Source of the DNA: a virus
IMG/VR virus record: IMGVR_UViG_3300028196_000007
Coordinates: 1-64,000 of that record
Strand: one strand, 5' to 3'
DNA: 64,000 nt
Shown here: positions 1 through 9,975 of the stretch, piece after piece
Layout of the letters: the number at the start of each line of letters is the position of its first letter
Position numbering within the stretch: position 1 is the first letter of the stretch
Program-made: the position numbers and the translations under genes
The notes under the pieces: generated by a model
The model's database searches: none
What the model saw: only the letters and a program-made list of their open reading frames with translations
Told to the model about the DNA's origin: nothing

Positions 1-118
1 TAATATCCCAACTTGTCTCAGACGGATAATTATCAGTCATCAATTGGATATGAATCCAGCTTCCTTGACTAAATAATAATGTTGGTACTAATGCTAATAA
101 TACTAATAACTTTTTCAT
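1..118 (-). CDS. Secreted protein, N-terminus only (continues off the window)
   Basis: Read by eye: MKKLLVLLALVPTLLFSQGSWIHIQLMTDNYPSETSWDI. Sec signal peptide followed by a TDxYPxETSW motif typical of Bacteroidota secreted proteins. Confidence 0.7.
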   Translation of the reverse strand, partial: MKKLLVLLALVPTLLFSQGSWIHIQLMTDNYPSETSWDI

Positions 119-288
119 ATCTCAAACCCTACATTCAATACCATAAATCTAAATTTTCTGTTACTGCAGTTAGAATCACAGAGCAAACATGCTTTTAATT
201 CTAATACTGTGAATGTACCTAGTCTAAATGTCAAACTATATTTCTGTTTTTTATTTCCTGCTTTAAATCCGTTTATCCAATTTACCAT
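115..288 (-). CDS. Small hypothetical protein
   Basis: ORF; likely ATG at 288 (MVNWING) rather than 339; overlaps the next start (ATGA-type coupling). Confidence 0.55.
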   Translation of the reverse strand: MVNWINGFKAGNKKQKYSLTFRLGTFTVLELKACLLCDSNCSNRKFRFMVLNVGFEI

Positions 289-292
289 GAGT

Positions 293-682
293 TTACCCCT
301 TAAATATCTGCTTTTTACCTCCGAAGTATCTATATGCATGACCCTCGATTTGTAATTGTTCGTTTATATTGTACTGTTTTCCTTCTGCATCCTGTATAAA
401 GATTTCTCCTAATACTCTTCCGTATTTTCCTACACCGTGAGATTTTAATCTAAAATATCCAGGTTTTCCACTTACCTTTTCAAGTAATTCTTTATTGCGT
501 TCTTTAGCTGCAAGACCTTTTTTCTTTTCTTCCAAATCTCTCGTACGAGATTCCCAAGTATCGATACCCATGTACCGAATCCTTTTTTTAACCCATATGT
601 CGAAACCAACATCAATAAGAGCATCAATAGTATCACCATCTACAACTCTCTCCAGCTTTGCTCTGTAAATGTATTTATCCAT
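293..682 (-). CDS. Thermonuclease (SNase-like) family nuclease
   Basis: VVDGDT, RIRxxGIDTxE and GKYGRVLG motifs. Confidence 0.85.
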   Translation of the reverse strand: MDKYIYRAKLERVVDGDTIDALIDVGFDIWVKKRIRYMGIDTWESRTRDLEEKKKGLAAKERNKELLEKVSGKPGYFRLKSHGVGKYGRVLGEIFIQDAEGKQYNINEQLQIEGHAYRYFGGKKQIFKG

Positions 683-683
683 T

Positions 684-1013
684 TTAGAATCTAGTTTTCT
701 TGATTACATTGTTGAATAATGTTCTATCAAACCAACCTCTAATATCATAAGCTTCATAGCCTTCGTCAGCAAACTCTTCTGATATCTTTGCAGCATTTAT
801 TTCTATCTGCTTCATAAGTTTTATGTTTACAAAACCATCCATTCTTCTCCACGTATTAGGTGATTCATTAAGCTTTTCAGCTTCTTCATCTTCTTGTAAA
901 TGTTTTTTAGCTTCATAAGCTTTTTGTACATCATCAAGTGTAGGTAAAGCTTTACCTGAGGTGTGGTCCCAAGCAGCTTCTTCTAATATTTTCTTAAATT
1001 TAATTTTTGACAT
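684..1013 (-). CDS. Putative internal head protein
   Basis: KKILEE, HLQE, KLNE protease-type sites; late operon. Confidence 0.45.
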   Translation of the reverse strand: MSKIKFKKILEEAAWDHTSGKALPTLDDVQKAYEAKKHLQEDEEAEKLNESPNTWRRMDGFVNIKLMKQIEINAAKISEEFADEGYEAYDIRGWFDRTLFNNVIKKTRF

Positions 1014-2662
1014 TAGTATTGCTCCATTTTATCTATTTTAGCGCTGACCTTTTTAAATTCAGCTTTTCGTTTTTTATACATCTTTTCATATTTTTCAATT
1101 TCCCTACCATATCTATCAGCTACTTTACCACCTTCTGGTTCAGCTTCTTGTTCCATATTTTTATGTAGTTGCTTGATGGTTAATGTGATGTTTCTTAGAT
1201 CGTTTTCTATATCCATTGATTCGTCATACAATTTCCATTTTGCATCTAATGCTTTCCAAATAGATGAAGCTTCATTATATAAATCCTTCCCTTTGTGTTT
1301 ACCTTTATATGTAATTTCTGCAGCTTCAATAGGGTGAAAACTTCCAGGCATTGAGTCAAGTTTTATATATGCTACTCTACCTTTAACTTTATTGACTACA
1401 CCAATTTCTCCGTCTTTCATTTTGATAGCATCACCTTTTTTAACTCTAACTTCATTTACTGATTCCTTAGCCATCATGACTTTAAGTCTTAAAGCATCTA
1501 TAATCTTCATAGCTTCCTTGTAGTATTTCTTGTCCAATTTTAATGCTGTTAGTGTCACAGATAATCTATTCATCTGAAAACCTTTGATTCCAGCTCGTTC
1601 CAATGCGCCTTTAAGCTGTAAAGGTTTAAAGTTTGCTTTGGTTTGTATACCAATCATACTTTCAGTTAATTTGCCTTCAATAATAAAATCATCAACAGAT
1701 TCATAATAAGGTCTTTTTTCAAATTTATTTAGTTTTTTGACATCGCCTTTAATGTTTCCATACACCTGGCCGAGGTCAGCTCCCCATTTCTTAAAATCTG
1801 CATATTTTTGTATATTTCCTTTTTTAGTTAAGGTAATGTCTACTTTCTTATTATTCTTATCTATTGCTGTAAATATAGGCTGTTTACCAATCAATTTTAT
1901 AAATTTAGCGTTTTTCATTCCCTGTTTAAGATTTTTATCAACTATCTTTGCAAGTTTATTATCTTCGTTTAATTTACCTTCTTTCAATCTACTGATTGTT
2001 TTCTTAGCATTTTTTATAAATGTCTTCATATGTTTATCAGCTGATTTAATATACATGCGATATTCTTTATCATCTTCAACATCATTTACACCAGGAACAC
2101 CTGCATCTTGTACAAGTTCAAGTGCTGCATATAGTGGGTCAACTACTTCATTATATTCATCATCTGCTAATCTGTCAAGCTCCTCTGCATAATCATACAA
2201 CTTATCTTCACCATCTTTAACAGATAGTCTTAGACCTTTTTTCAAGAAAAGTTTTAGCTTAAATTGTGCAGCTTTCTCTTCTTTACTAATTTCAGTTAAT
2301 TTATCGTATTCTTCTGAAACTATTTCTTTTATGCCTTCAAGTGAAAGCTCTACGTCTCTGTCTAATTGAGCAATTAAACTGTTTGCTTCAGACTCTGCAG
2401 CTTTCTTCTTTTTTGTGAGGTCGCCAGCAATCTTAGTGTGTTTTGCAATTGCGTTTTCATCGCCACTTGACTTTGCTGATTTATATTTTTCAAGGTTGGT
2501 TATCATCAACTTTGAAATTTCAGCTACCTTTGTAAATGCCTTTGAAACTTTTGCTGGTGTGACTTTCGATTCATCTAAGTCGTGTAATATTTTTCGTTTT
2601 TGTTCTTCTGTTAAATGTGATAGCTCCTCGCGAACTATTTTCTGAATATGAATTTTACCCAT
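1013..2662 (-). CDS. Putative modular internal head polyprotein
   Basis: N-terminal KIVREE; repeated EGKLNE/EGKLTE/KESVNE linkers; GATATTTATA motif upstream. Confidence 0.5.
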   Translation of the reverse strand: MGKIHIQKIVREELSHLTEEQKRKILHDLDESKVTPAKVSKAFTKVAEISKLMITNLEKYKSAKSSGDENAIAKHTKIAGDLTKKKKAAESEANSLIAQLDRDVELSLEGIKEIVSEEYDKLTEISKEEKAAQFKLKLFLKKGLRLSVKDGEDKLYDYAEELDRLADDEYNEVVDPLYAALELVQDAGVPGVNDVEDDKEYRMYIKSADKHMKTFIKNAKKTISRLKEGKLNEDNKLAKIVDKNLKQGMKNAKFIKLIGKQPIFTAIDKNNKKVDITLTKKGNIQKYADFKKWGADLGQVYGNIKGDVKKLNKFEKRPYYESVDDFIIEGKLTESMIGIQTKANFKPLQLKGALERAGIKGFQMNRLSVTLTALKLDKKYYKEAMKIIDALRLKVMMAKESVNEVRVKKGDAIKMKDGEIGVVNKVKGRVAYIKLDSMPGSFHPIEAAEITYKGKHKGKDLYNEASSIWKALDAKWKLYDESMDIENDLRNITLTIKQLHKNMEQEAEPEGGKVADRYGREIEKYEKMYKKRKAEFKKVSAKIDKMEQY

Positions 2663-2700
2663 AAGGAGCTTCTCCTATTTAATTAGTTGTTCTATTATGA

Positions 2701-2710
2701 TATAAATATC
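2701..2710 (-). promoter_or_regulatory. Putative late promoter GATATTTATA (class B)
   Basis: TATAAATA on + strand recurring at 3188, 13793, 29126, 32077, 39497, 49406, 50545, 51154, 53455, 56347, 57060, 59838, 62751, each upstream of a minus-strand gene. Confidence 0.7.
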
Positions 2711-2713
2711 AAA

Positions 2714-2902
2714 CTATTTTATTAAAATGTCATCATTTTCGACCCAATATCGCCTTCCTGATTGTTCAACAGCTATGTTTTTAGAAGTCTTACATGTGCA
2801 CACTTTATCTCGTACCAAAACCGTAGAGCCTTTATAAAGCATACCAGATGGTGTCTGTATATCCTTTACGACTGTTGCCTTTTTGCCTATTATAACTTTC
2901 AT
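2714..2902 (-). CDS. Small hypothetical protein (beta-rich)
   Basis: 62 aa ORF tiling with neighbours. Confidence 0.55.
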   Translation of the reverse strand: MKVIIGKKATVVKDIQTPSGMLYKGSTVLVRDKVCTCKTSKNIAVEQSGRRYWVENDDILIK

Positions 2903-3157
2903 TTATTTTCTTCTGAATTTGTCGAACTTATATCCTTCACCCATCAATTCTTGAGCACTGATTATTGCCTGCTCATGGGACTTAAAAGGACCACCTACTT
3001 TATTTTTTGAGTGATATACAAACACTTCAACTTTTCCTGGAATTGTTTGTATATCTCCATTCTGTAGCTTTCTACTTCTAGGCATTTCGATTTTTTGTCT
3101 TATATCAAAATAACCTACTTTGCATATATAACTTCCATATTTTTCTTTTTTACCCAA
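2903..3157 (-). CDS. Hypothetical protein
   Basis: 84 aa ORF, TTG start, class B motif at 3188. Confidence 0.55.
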   Translation of the reverse strand: MGKKEKYGSYICKVGYFDIRQKIEMPRSRKLQNGDIQTIPGKVEVFVYHSKNKVGGPFKSHEQAIISAQELMGEGYKFDKFRRK

Positions 3158-3200
3158 AATATCTATCTTCCTTGTTTTTAGTTCGTATATAAATATATAT

Positions 3201-3335
3201 TTATTTGATTTTTACAGCTTTTTTCAATAGTCGTTCAAGTTCTTTTCTAAGACCCTCGACAACCCAGCCGTCCTGTCTGTCTCTTGCTGCTAGTTCTTGC
3301 TTTAGATACTTGATTCTATTTTCTAAATCTTTCAT
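3201..3335 (-). CDS. Small coiled-coil hypothetical protein (44 aa, absent from ORF track)
   Basis: MKDLENRIKYLKQELAARDRQDGWVVEGLRKELERLLKKAVKIK; start overlaps the upstream stop (TAATG). Confidence 0.55.
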   Translation of the reverse strand: MKDLENRIKYLKQELAARDRQDGWVVEGLRKELERLLKKAVKIK

Positions 3336-3580
3336 TAGTTTACTCTTACTTTAAGTTTTTTTATTTCAGTTAAAAATTCTTCCACTGTCAATGTCTTTCC
3401 TTTTTCGGTTTTTATTTTTATATCTGGTAATACCTCAGGTGTTTTGTCCACAATCGACATTAAAACTTTTAATCCAGAACCTGCCCAGAATACTCCAAAT
3501 CCTGTATTTTCACCTAAAAGATTAGAATCGAAATAAACTTCTTTCTCTGTATCACCTGGCATCATTATAAAATATGTCAT
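3335..3580 (-). CDS. Hypothetical protein
   Basis: 81 aa ORF, translationally coupled. Confidence 0.6.
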   Translation of the reverse strand: MTYFIMMPGDTEKEVYFDSNLLGENTGFGVFWAGSGLKVLMSIVDKTPEVLPDIKIKTEKGKTLTVEEFLTEIKKLKVRVN

Positions 3581-4299
3581 TTTTTATACTCCATAATTAA
3601 ATCCAGTGCTTTACTTTCAAACTGTTCCATAAGTAATTCTACATTAGGTATTACACAGTGACCTCCTATTCCGTCTTCTGGTGGATATAAATTAGGTCTT
3701 ACAACGTTCTGCATATCAAGCCCCATATAACCTATATTATATGAGAGCGTCCATTTGTTAATGACATCAAAATCTATACCATGTTTATCGCACATCTTTT
3801 TCATTTCACCATGCCAAGCTATACACAAGCCATAGTATGTTGTACTTGTTAACTTTGCTAACTCTGTAGCATCTGAGTTTTCAACAGGATAAAATGTTAT
3901 TTTTAAATCTTCATAATGCTCCTTTGCCAAAGCTAAATCAACTGGATTGTTATATCCTATAAACTTAACAAATTTTTCTATGCCTTCTTTTAGATTAGGA
4001 TGTATACCTCTTACAGGTGAATGTACACAAGGTCGAGATATTTCTTTTGTAGTACCAACAGGTACAGTTGAATGTATTATTGTTAATTTTGGTAAATACA
4101 GGTCGATATAACTATTGACTGTACTTATAAAGTTTTCGCCATAAGGCAGACATATATCTAAAATATCTATGTCTCCGTGTATTGTATTGAAGTTCAAGTC
4201 TCTAATCATAGGTACATGGCCTCTTTCTTGGTATACCTTTGCTAATGAGGAACCTATCTCACCAAAACCTATTATTGCTACCTTTGTTTTATATTCCAT
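3577..4299 (-). CDS. Nucleotide-sugar dehydrogenase (UDP-Glc/GDP-Man/UDP-ManNAc DH family, lacking C-terminal domain)
   Basis: GFGEIG Rossmann motif, HSTVPVGTT, SPVR, ELAKL, GIGGHC catalytic Cys. Confidence 0.8.
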   Translation of the reverse strand: MEYKTKVAIIGFGEIGSSLAKVYQERGHVPMIRDLNFNTIHGDIDILDICLPYGENFISTVNSYIDLYLPKLTIIHSTVPVGTTKEISRPCVHSPVRGIHPNLKEGIEKFVKFIGYNNPVDLALAKEHYEDLKITFYPVENSDATELAKLTSTTYYGLCIAWHGEMKKMCDKHGIDFDVINKWTLSYNIGYMGLDMQNVVRPNLYPPEDGIGGHCVIPNVELLMEQFESKALDLIMEYKK

Positions 4300-4338
4300 T
4301 TAATGTCTCCGTTGTTGAATATCCTTTTGTCCAGATTA

Positions 4339-5082
4339 TCATGTCGTAGTTACACCTCTTTCTTGTACAACTTTACTTGCGCATGAGTTTGCAAAGTCAA
4401 TAGCTTCTTCAATTATATTACCAGAATCTATATATTTGTAAACCAAACCTGCCATGAATGTATCTCCTGCACCTGATACATCTGATACCTTAACTTTATT
4501 TTTTACTTTAAAAATATTGTTTTTATACAATGCACCTTCTGAACCATCTGTTACTATAATATTATCATAAGTATAATCTTTGTTGTTATTCCACTCAGGA
4601 TTATTTATTTTAATAAAATCTATATTTTTACACCAATCACCTAATTTCTTCTTTGTATCTAAAAACGTAGGACACTTTGCTGTTTTACCTATATGAGCTA
4701 TATCATGAATTGTAAGAAAACCTTTATTATAGTCTGATATTACTATTGCATCATAACCTAAATCAAAATCTGAGTCTATACATTTTTGCCATTCTTTATT
4801 AAAGTCAATCGGCATGCAGGTGTCGTTTTCATCTAATCTCATAATCATCTGGCCAGATTTATCATCTACATATCTGGTCTTTTTAATAAAATCATCATTA
4901 GTTATCAAATCAACTTCTGCACCTAATGATTCTAAATTTGCAACTACATTTCCTGCCATTCCAGGATTTTCTGTTTTATTAACAGGATTAAGTACTGGTA
5001 CTGGCGCTTCAGGACAGAGTCTGCTTATATCGCAATAAACAAATTTATCAATACAACTATCACCTATAACTAAAACTCTCAT
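4339..5082 (-). CDS. Heptose-7-phosphate kinase (HldE kinase domain/HldA, PfkB family)
   Basis: VIGDxxxD, PEAPVPV, GMAGNV, ISDYNKG, DVSGAGDT. Confidence 0.88.
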   Translation of the reverse strand: MRVLVIGDSCIDKFVYCDISRLCPEAPVPVLNPVNKTENPGMAGNVVANLESLGAEVDLITNDDFIKKTRYVDDKSGQMIMRLDENDTCMPIDFNKEWQKCIDSDFDLGYDAIVISDYNKGFLTIHDIAHIGKTAKCPTFLDTKKKLGDWCKNIDFIKINNPEWNNNKDYTYDNIIVTDGSEGALYKNNIFKVKNKVKVSDVSGAGDTFMAGLVYKYIDSGNIIEEAIDFANSCASKVVQERGVTTT

Positions 5083-5441
5083 TGACTATCTCCTTTTTTA
5101 ATTCTATAACTATCAAGGTCAAAATGTTGAGTTGAGACTTCAAATATTTCTGAATTATCCTCCAATGCAACAAGCTGGTGAGGCTGGCCTCTTTCTATTG
5201 TAATACACGTACCAATTTCTATAATTGTAGAATGTTCTTCTGCAGTCTCTGTGTTAATCCATTTATATTCAAAACTTCCTCTTCCTACATACCAAGATTC
5301 TTTCTTGATTATGTGATAGTGCATTGAAAATTTATTTCCTTTTTTATTGAATCTTAAAAGCTTTCCGCAATATTCTTCATCGTTATGAATCCAGATTTCT
5401 TGTCCCCAAGCCTTGTCTACTGTTTTAGGTTTTACTATCAT
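5079..5441 (-). CDS. Cupin sugar isomerase-like protein
   Basis: KAWGxE, SMHYHxxKxESW, PHQL, EVST cupin motifs. Confidence 0.75.
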   Translation of the reverse strand: MIVKPKTVDKAWGQEIWIHNDEEYCGKLLRFNKKGNKFSMHYHIIKKESWYVGRGSFEYKWINTETAEEHSTIIEIGTCITIERGQPHQLVALEDNSEIFEVSTQHFDLDSYRIKKGDSQ

Positions 5442-6217
5442 AATAAAATTTCCATTTTCTGTATTACATCCTTAGCAGATGGATTCCAGTTATTATCTAC
5501 AATATATTCTACGTCAGTATTGTGAGGGTTCCAGTCCGTACTGTATCTGTTGATATTTTTTACCTCACCCCAAGCAACTTGATTTAAACCACATAAAGAT
5601 GCCAAATGCATTGGTCCTGAAGATGGCCCTATTATTAGTTTAGAACTAGCCATATAATCACATAATTCTTTTAACTCTATGCCTCTTAAGTCCTCTGTGT
5701 CTTTTATATGGTGTGCTGCAGATTTAAGACCTATACTAGCAAATTTATAACCGCTAAAACTTTTTACTATCTCATCGAACTTAATAGTATCCCAATTTCG
5801 TACTTGAGTACCTGCCTTGTTTGTATTTCTTGCATGTATAAGAATATAATTTTCGTATTTATTTTTGCCATATTTTATAAAGCTCTGCTCTAATTTAGGC
5901 CTCCAAATAGGCTCTCCCTGTGTTGGAGTATAGTGAGTGACACAATGATTTGGTGGAATATATTCACTGCCTTTTTCAGGTTTAGGATATTCTGTTATTG
6001 GCGTTCTATTAAAATATGAATCAGGTTGATAATCACTAGGCTCATAAGGAATATATTCATCACAAAAATCTTCATACAAGAATTTGTTAATACCTCTACC
6101 TGATATAATAACTTTATCGAACTTCTTGACTTCAGCATATCGTCTTAAAACTCCTTGCCAGCAAAATAATTCCCATCCAAACTCTCCAACCCAAGGTCCT
6201 GCAAATAATGTTTTCAT
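5438..6217 (-). CDS. GT9-like glycosyltransferase
   Basis: GEFGWE, RNW, DLRG, GPSSGPMHLA. Confidence 0.7.
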   Translation of the reverse strand: MKTLFAGPWVGEFGWELFCWQGVLRRYAEVKKFDKVIISGRGINKFLYEDFCDEYIPYEPSDYQPDSYFNRTPITEYPKPEKGSEYIPPNHCVTHYTPTQGEPIWRPKLEQSFIKYGKNKYENYILIHARNTNKAGTQVRNWDTIKFDEIVKSFSGYKFASIGLKSAAHHIKDTEDLRGIELKELCDYMASSKLIIGPSSGPMHLASLCGLNQVAWGEVKNINRYSTDWNPHNTDVEYIVDNNWNPSAKDVIQKMEILL

Positions 6218-6237
6218 ATCTTTAATATAACAAATTT

Positions 6238-7020
6238 TTATGAATTAAGTAAATAATTTCGGTACTTTTTTGTTCCTAACTGCACATTGTTTTTTGGTTC
6301 CCAGCCTGGCATAAACTTTTCTCTATCAGCTTGTGTAAAGTATTGGTACCATCCAGGTATCTTATCTGGTGTGTGGTATTCATAATCTACACCTATGCCT
6401 CCGACAAGACTTTCAAATGTTTCTGCATTTCCTGAGCCCACATCGAACAAGCCTCTTTCAAGAGTTGCAGCGTGCATATTAGCATCTATTATGTCTTCAA
6501 TATATACAAAGTCTCTTTTTATATCACCTGGGAATAATTTGAACTCTCCTGCTTTCCAAGCTTGATATGCAACTGATGCCATTTTGCCTTTGTGTTCTTC
6601 ACCTGGCCCATATACGTTAAAATACCTTAACGCAACAAATCTTTCACATGCTTTCAATCCATAGTCTTCTGCAAGTAGTTTTGACCAACCATAAATATTG
6701 TTAGGTATACCATCGCCATCGCCATAATTTGCAGCTGAACTTGAATATACAACCTTGACATTATATTTTCTTGCCAAATCAAATATTCTTTTACTCAATG
6801 TGTAATTATAGTAAAGCATTTCATTGGCATCCTGTAATGTTGTATCAGATATTGCACCTACATGAAATATCACGTCGCATTGTTTTATTATAGATTCTAG
6901 ATTATACTCTTCAAAGTTTCCATCTCTTTCTAGACAATAAGCATAGTGCCCTAACTGTTTTAATTTTTTTAATAAATTAGAACCTACAAATCCTTTATGT
7001 CCTGTTAGTAATACTTTCAT
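6238..7020 (-). CDS. hldD: ADP-L-glycero-D-manno-heptose 6-epimerase
   Basis: GxxGFVG, GAISDTT, YSSSAAxYG, YGWSK, LRYFNVYGPGEEHKGKMAS, RDFVY. Confidence 0.85.
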   Translation of the reverse strand: MKVLLTGHKGFVGSNLLKKLKQLGHYAYCLERDGNFEEYNLESIIKQCDVIFHVGAISDTTLQDANEMLYYNYTLSKRIFDLARKYNVKVVYSSSAANYGDGDGIPNNIYGWSKLLAEDYGLKACERFVALRYFNVYGPGEEHKGKMASVAYQAWKAGEFKLFPGDIKRDFVYIEDIIDANMHAATLERGLFDVGSGNAETFESLVGGIGVDYEYHTPDKIPGWYQYFTQADREKFMPGWEPKNNVQLGTKKYRNYLLNS

Positions 7021-7784
7021 TATATACTCTCCAAATCATATACAACATTTTCATTTACGCTGTGTAAGGGTTTTACTCTTTCCCAAATATCTCTACCTCT
7101 TCCAAAATATACAAAATCTACATCTTTATCTATTGCATGACACGCGTGATAAAAAACCGAGTCAGGTATACACACAGCCTTTGCACGTCTCATTATCTCA
7201 AATTGAACATTTATATTATATTCCAAATAATCTATTTCAACTCCTATTTCAATAAAGTGCTTGATATTTTTATTTTTATCTAGCCATTTTCTACCAAAAT
7301 ATATAGGCAAGTCTTTTGAAGGTACACCAGTGTTTGTCTGTATAAAACCAAAATCGTTGTAGCCTACAATATCTTTAATTATATTTTCTGCCTGTATTAC
7401 GTCTTCATGATTTGTGTGTATTTCTGTAAGTGGATTTTTCAAATCTATATTTAGATACTTTGAATTTAGCAATATCTTGCTTTCATTTATAGAGTGCATT
7501 GGCATACACATAAAATTATATCCGTTTTCTATTGCAAACTGTTTCCACTGTTTTTGTAGTGATTGAAAGCCAATATTAGAATTGTCAAAGTCATGCCAAG
7601 CATCTTTACAATAATATATTTTGTCCACGTCAGGATTATTATCAAAAAACTTTGCAGACTTAAACCTTTCAAGTGTAACTACTGATATATGATTACCTGT
7701 TTGTTTTTTATATTCTCTTAATGCAGGTGTAAGTAATACGCAATCACCTAAACCGTGGGGGTATAATATTAAATTCTTTTTCAT
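7020..7784 (-). CDS. GT9 heptosyltransferase-like protein
   Basis: GLGDxVLxTPALR, NNPxVD, DSxxxHxxxA. Confidence 0.75.
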   Translation of the reverse strand: MKKNLILYPHGLGDCVLLTPALREYKKQTGNHISVVTLERFKSAKFFDNNPDVDKIYYCKDAWHDFDNSNIGFQSLQKQWKQFAIENGYNFMCMPMHSINESKILLNSKYLNIDLKNPLTEIHTNHEDVIQAENIIKDIVGYNDFGFIQTNTGVPSKDLPIYFGRKWLDKNKNIKHFIEIGVEIDYLEYNINVQFEIMRRAKAVCIPDSVFYHACHAIDKDVDFVYFGRGRDIWERVKPLHSVNENVVYDLESI

Positions 7785-8359
7785 ATTTTATCTATAATTA
7801 TTAAATAGTCAGCCTGACCCATCTGAATATCTCGTTCTTTTGTCAGAATTTTCACTATTTTAGTTTTGTGATTTGTAAAGTTTCTGAATTCATTTATATC
7901 TGTATACTTGCCAGGAACTTCTGTATCATCCCACCAATTAGCGTGTCCCATAGGTGGTGGTGATGGTTCATCATAAGAATGTTTCCAGGGCACTGTTATT
8001 ATCAATCTTTTGTTTGTTAATAGCATTAAATTATCAAAAGCTTTTTTATATTCTACCAAATGTTCTAAAGTTTCAGAGCATATAACAACATCAGCCGATT
8101 TAATTGGAAATGTTGATAAGTCGAATATATCCGAATTGTAATAATCTATTATGTCTTTAAAACTCTCCATTTCTTTTATGAATTTTTTATTGTCGTCAAA
8201 TCCAAAATAATCTGTTGAATAAACCTTAAAGCCTAAATGATTTAGATGAGCATCAGGCTTGCAATGTCCTGAACCAACATTGAGTATTGTTTTAGGTTCT
8301 AATTCTATAGCCTCTTTTATTATTCGCTCGTGCCTAATATCTATTATTGGTAACTTCAT
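7781..8359 (-). CDS. Class I SAM-dependent methyltransferase
   Basis: LNVGSG, DVVICSETLEHL, ITVP. Confidence 0.85.
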   Translation of the reverse strand: MKLPIIDIRHERIIKEAIELEPKTILNVGSGHCKPDAHLNHLGFKVYSTDYFGFDDNKKFIKEMESFKDIIDYYNSDIFDLSTFPIKSADVVICSETLEHLVEYKKAFDNLMLLTNKRLIITVPWKHSYDEPSPPPMGHANWWDDTEVPGKYTDINEFRNFTNHKTKIVKILTKERDIQMGQADYLIIIDKI

Positions 8360-9152
8360 TTGCCCACTTCATTCTTGTTAATTTTTTTACATTTTTCATA
8401 CCGCTTTTAGATATTTTATTTCTTAAATCTTCATTATTAAGATAATAAATAATCTTTTCTTGCAAGTCTGAAATATCTTTATATACAACCAAGTCCTCTC
8501 CATCTACAAGGCCAGTTAATTCTCTACCATACCATTCGTCTGTCAGCAGAAACCCTCCTGCTGCAAGTATTTTATATACTCTATCGGATGCACAACTATC
8601 TGTACATATATTCAGATTTATCCTTGATTTTCCTACCTCTATTGAATGCTGCAAACCATAGGCTGATGAAATTATCTTAACGTCATTTAAGCGTCCTAAC
8701 ACAGTGCTTCTATTACCATACACATTACCAATAAATGAAATATCGTATTCTTTTTTTACATTTTGCACAAAATCAACAGATTCATCGTATCCTTCACAAA
8801 TATACCTGCCTAGCTTTGCTTTTTCAAGAGAACTCTTTTTGTCAAAAAATGCTATGTCGCTTAGCATTGCTTTTTCTGCCATTTCCATAGTAAATGTTGT
8901 TGCAGGGTCTGGAAACCAATATACAATTTTTTTATTATTGTGTTTTAGCTTGCCCATTGTATATTTACTTGTTCCATTTCCTTTAGCTATAAGTACAATA
9001 TCATACCCTGTTTTTTCTTGTAAAACAATATTGAAGTTGCTTATAGATCTGTATGGGAATTCTTCTACGTCATGCCCAAGATTTCTTAAACAATCTCTTT
9101 GAGAATTATTTGTTGAGCCTTCAGTAAAAACTCCTACAAATAATATTCTCAT
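8334..9152 (-). CDS. CgeB-family glycosyltransferase
   Basis: DISFIG, SRINLN, RVYKILAAGGFLLT, YYLNNEDLR. Confidence 0.8.
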   Translation of the reverse strand: MRILFVGVFTEGSTNNSQRDCLRNLGHDVEEFPYRSISNFNIVLQEKTGYDIVLIAKGNGTSKYTMGKLKHNNKKIVYWFPDPATTFTMEMAEKAMLSDIAFFDKKSSLEKAKLGRYICEGYDESVDFVQNVKKEYDISFIGNVYGNRSTVLGRLNDVKIISSAYGLQHSIEVGKSRINLNICTDSCASDRVYKILAAGGFLLTDEWYGRELTGLVDGEDLVVYKDISDLQEKIIYYLNNEDLRNKISKSGMKNVKKLTRMKWANEVTNNRY

Positions 9153-9973
9153 ATCTGGCCTTCAATAATTTCAAGTGATGAATGAACTTTTTTCTCTAAA
9201 AAGTCTATAAGCTCAATTCCTTTGTATTTGTCAAACCAATCTTCATATGTACATCCAACTCTATTATCTGTCTTTACTTTCAGACCTAGCATTCTAGCTT
9301 CTACAACTAGCCTGCAGCATGTTTCTACTGCGTGTGAGAAAAATACCAAACCTTCGTATTCTGACATCGTCTCCATTAACTCTTTCCATTGACAGTTTTT
9401 AAGATAGTCATAATCTATTTTTTGTATTTCACAAAGCTGTATTCCTTTATTACTTCTTTTACCTGGTACAACACACCACTTGCCATTTTTAGATTCTTTA
9501 TACATTTTTCTTATATAGTCAAACTGCTCTTGTGAAAATTGCGTACAGCCAAGAGATTCGACGTTTGTTAAGTCAATATGTTTTAGTAATAAATCTGCAG
9601 AGTGATTTGTTAGACAGAAAACCTTTTGAGCACCTCGATAAAATGTTTGGTTAACAACTTCAGACTCTGGTGCAGCAAAATCTTTATACATTGCAGTGTT
9701 TCTAGACCTAACATATTTTTGGTCGCGTTCAATAATAATATAATTTACCCCTGATGAAAAGAACCAGTTCTTATTTACCCCTGATAAACCAACAAAGTTA
9801 GAAATGATAAAAGTATCAGCCTTATGTATGGTCGGGTCAAACTTTTCACTTTTGACAGTTTTTATATTATGTCCTTCTTTAGCCAAATAATCGATTAAAA
9901 CTCCATCGGAAATTTCAGCCCCTCCTAGTACCTCAGCTTCAAAGAAGTCTGAAATGTATATTAAATTCTTCAT
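9149..9973 (-). CDS. GT-B glycosyltransferase
   Basis: GGAE near N-terminus; ETxxRxxVEARMLG. Confidence 0.7.
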   Translation of the reverse strand: MKNLIYISDFFEAEVLGGAEISDGVLIDYLAKEGHNIKTVKSEKFDPTIHKADTFIISNFVGLSGVNKNWFFSSGVNYIIIERDQKYVRSRNTAMYKDFAAPESEVVNQTFYRGAQKVFCLTNHSADLLLKHIDLTNVESLGCTQFSQEQFDYIRKMYKESKNGKWCVVPGKRSNKGIQLCEIQKIDYDYLKNCQWKELMETMSEYEGLVFFSHAVETCCRLVVEARMLGLKVKTDNRVGCTYEDWFDKYKGIELIDFLEKKVHSSLEIIEGQI

Positions 9974-9975
9974 AT

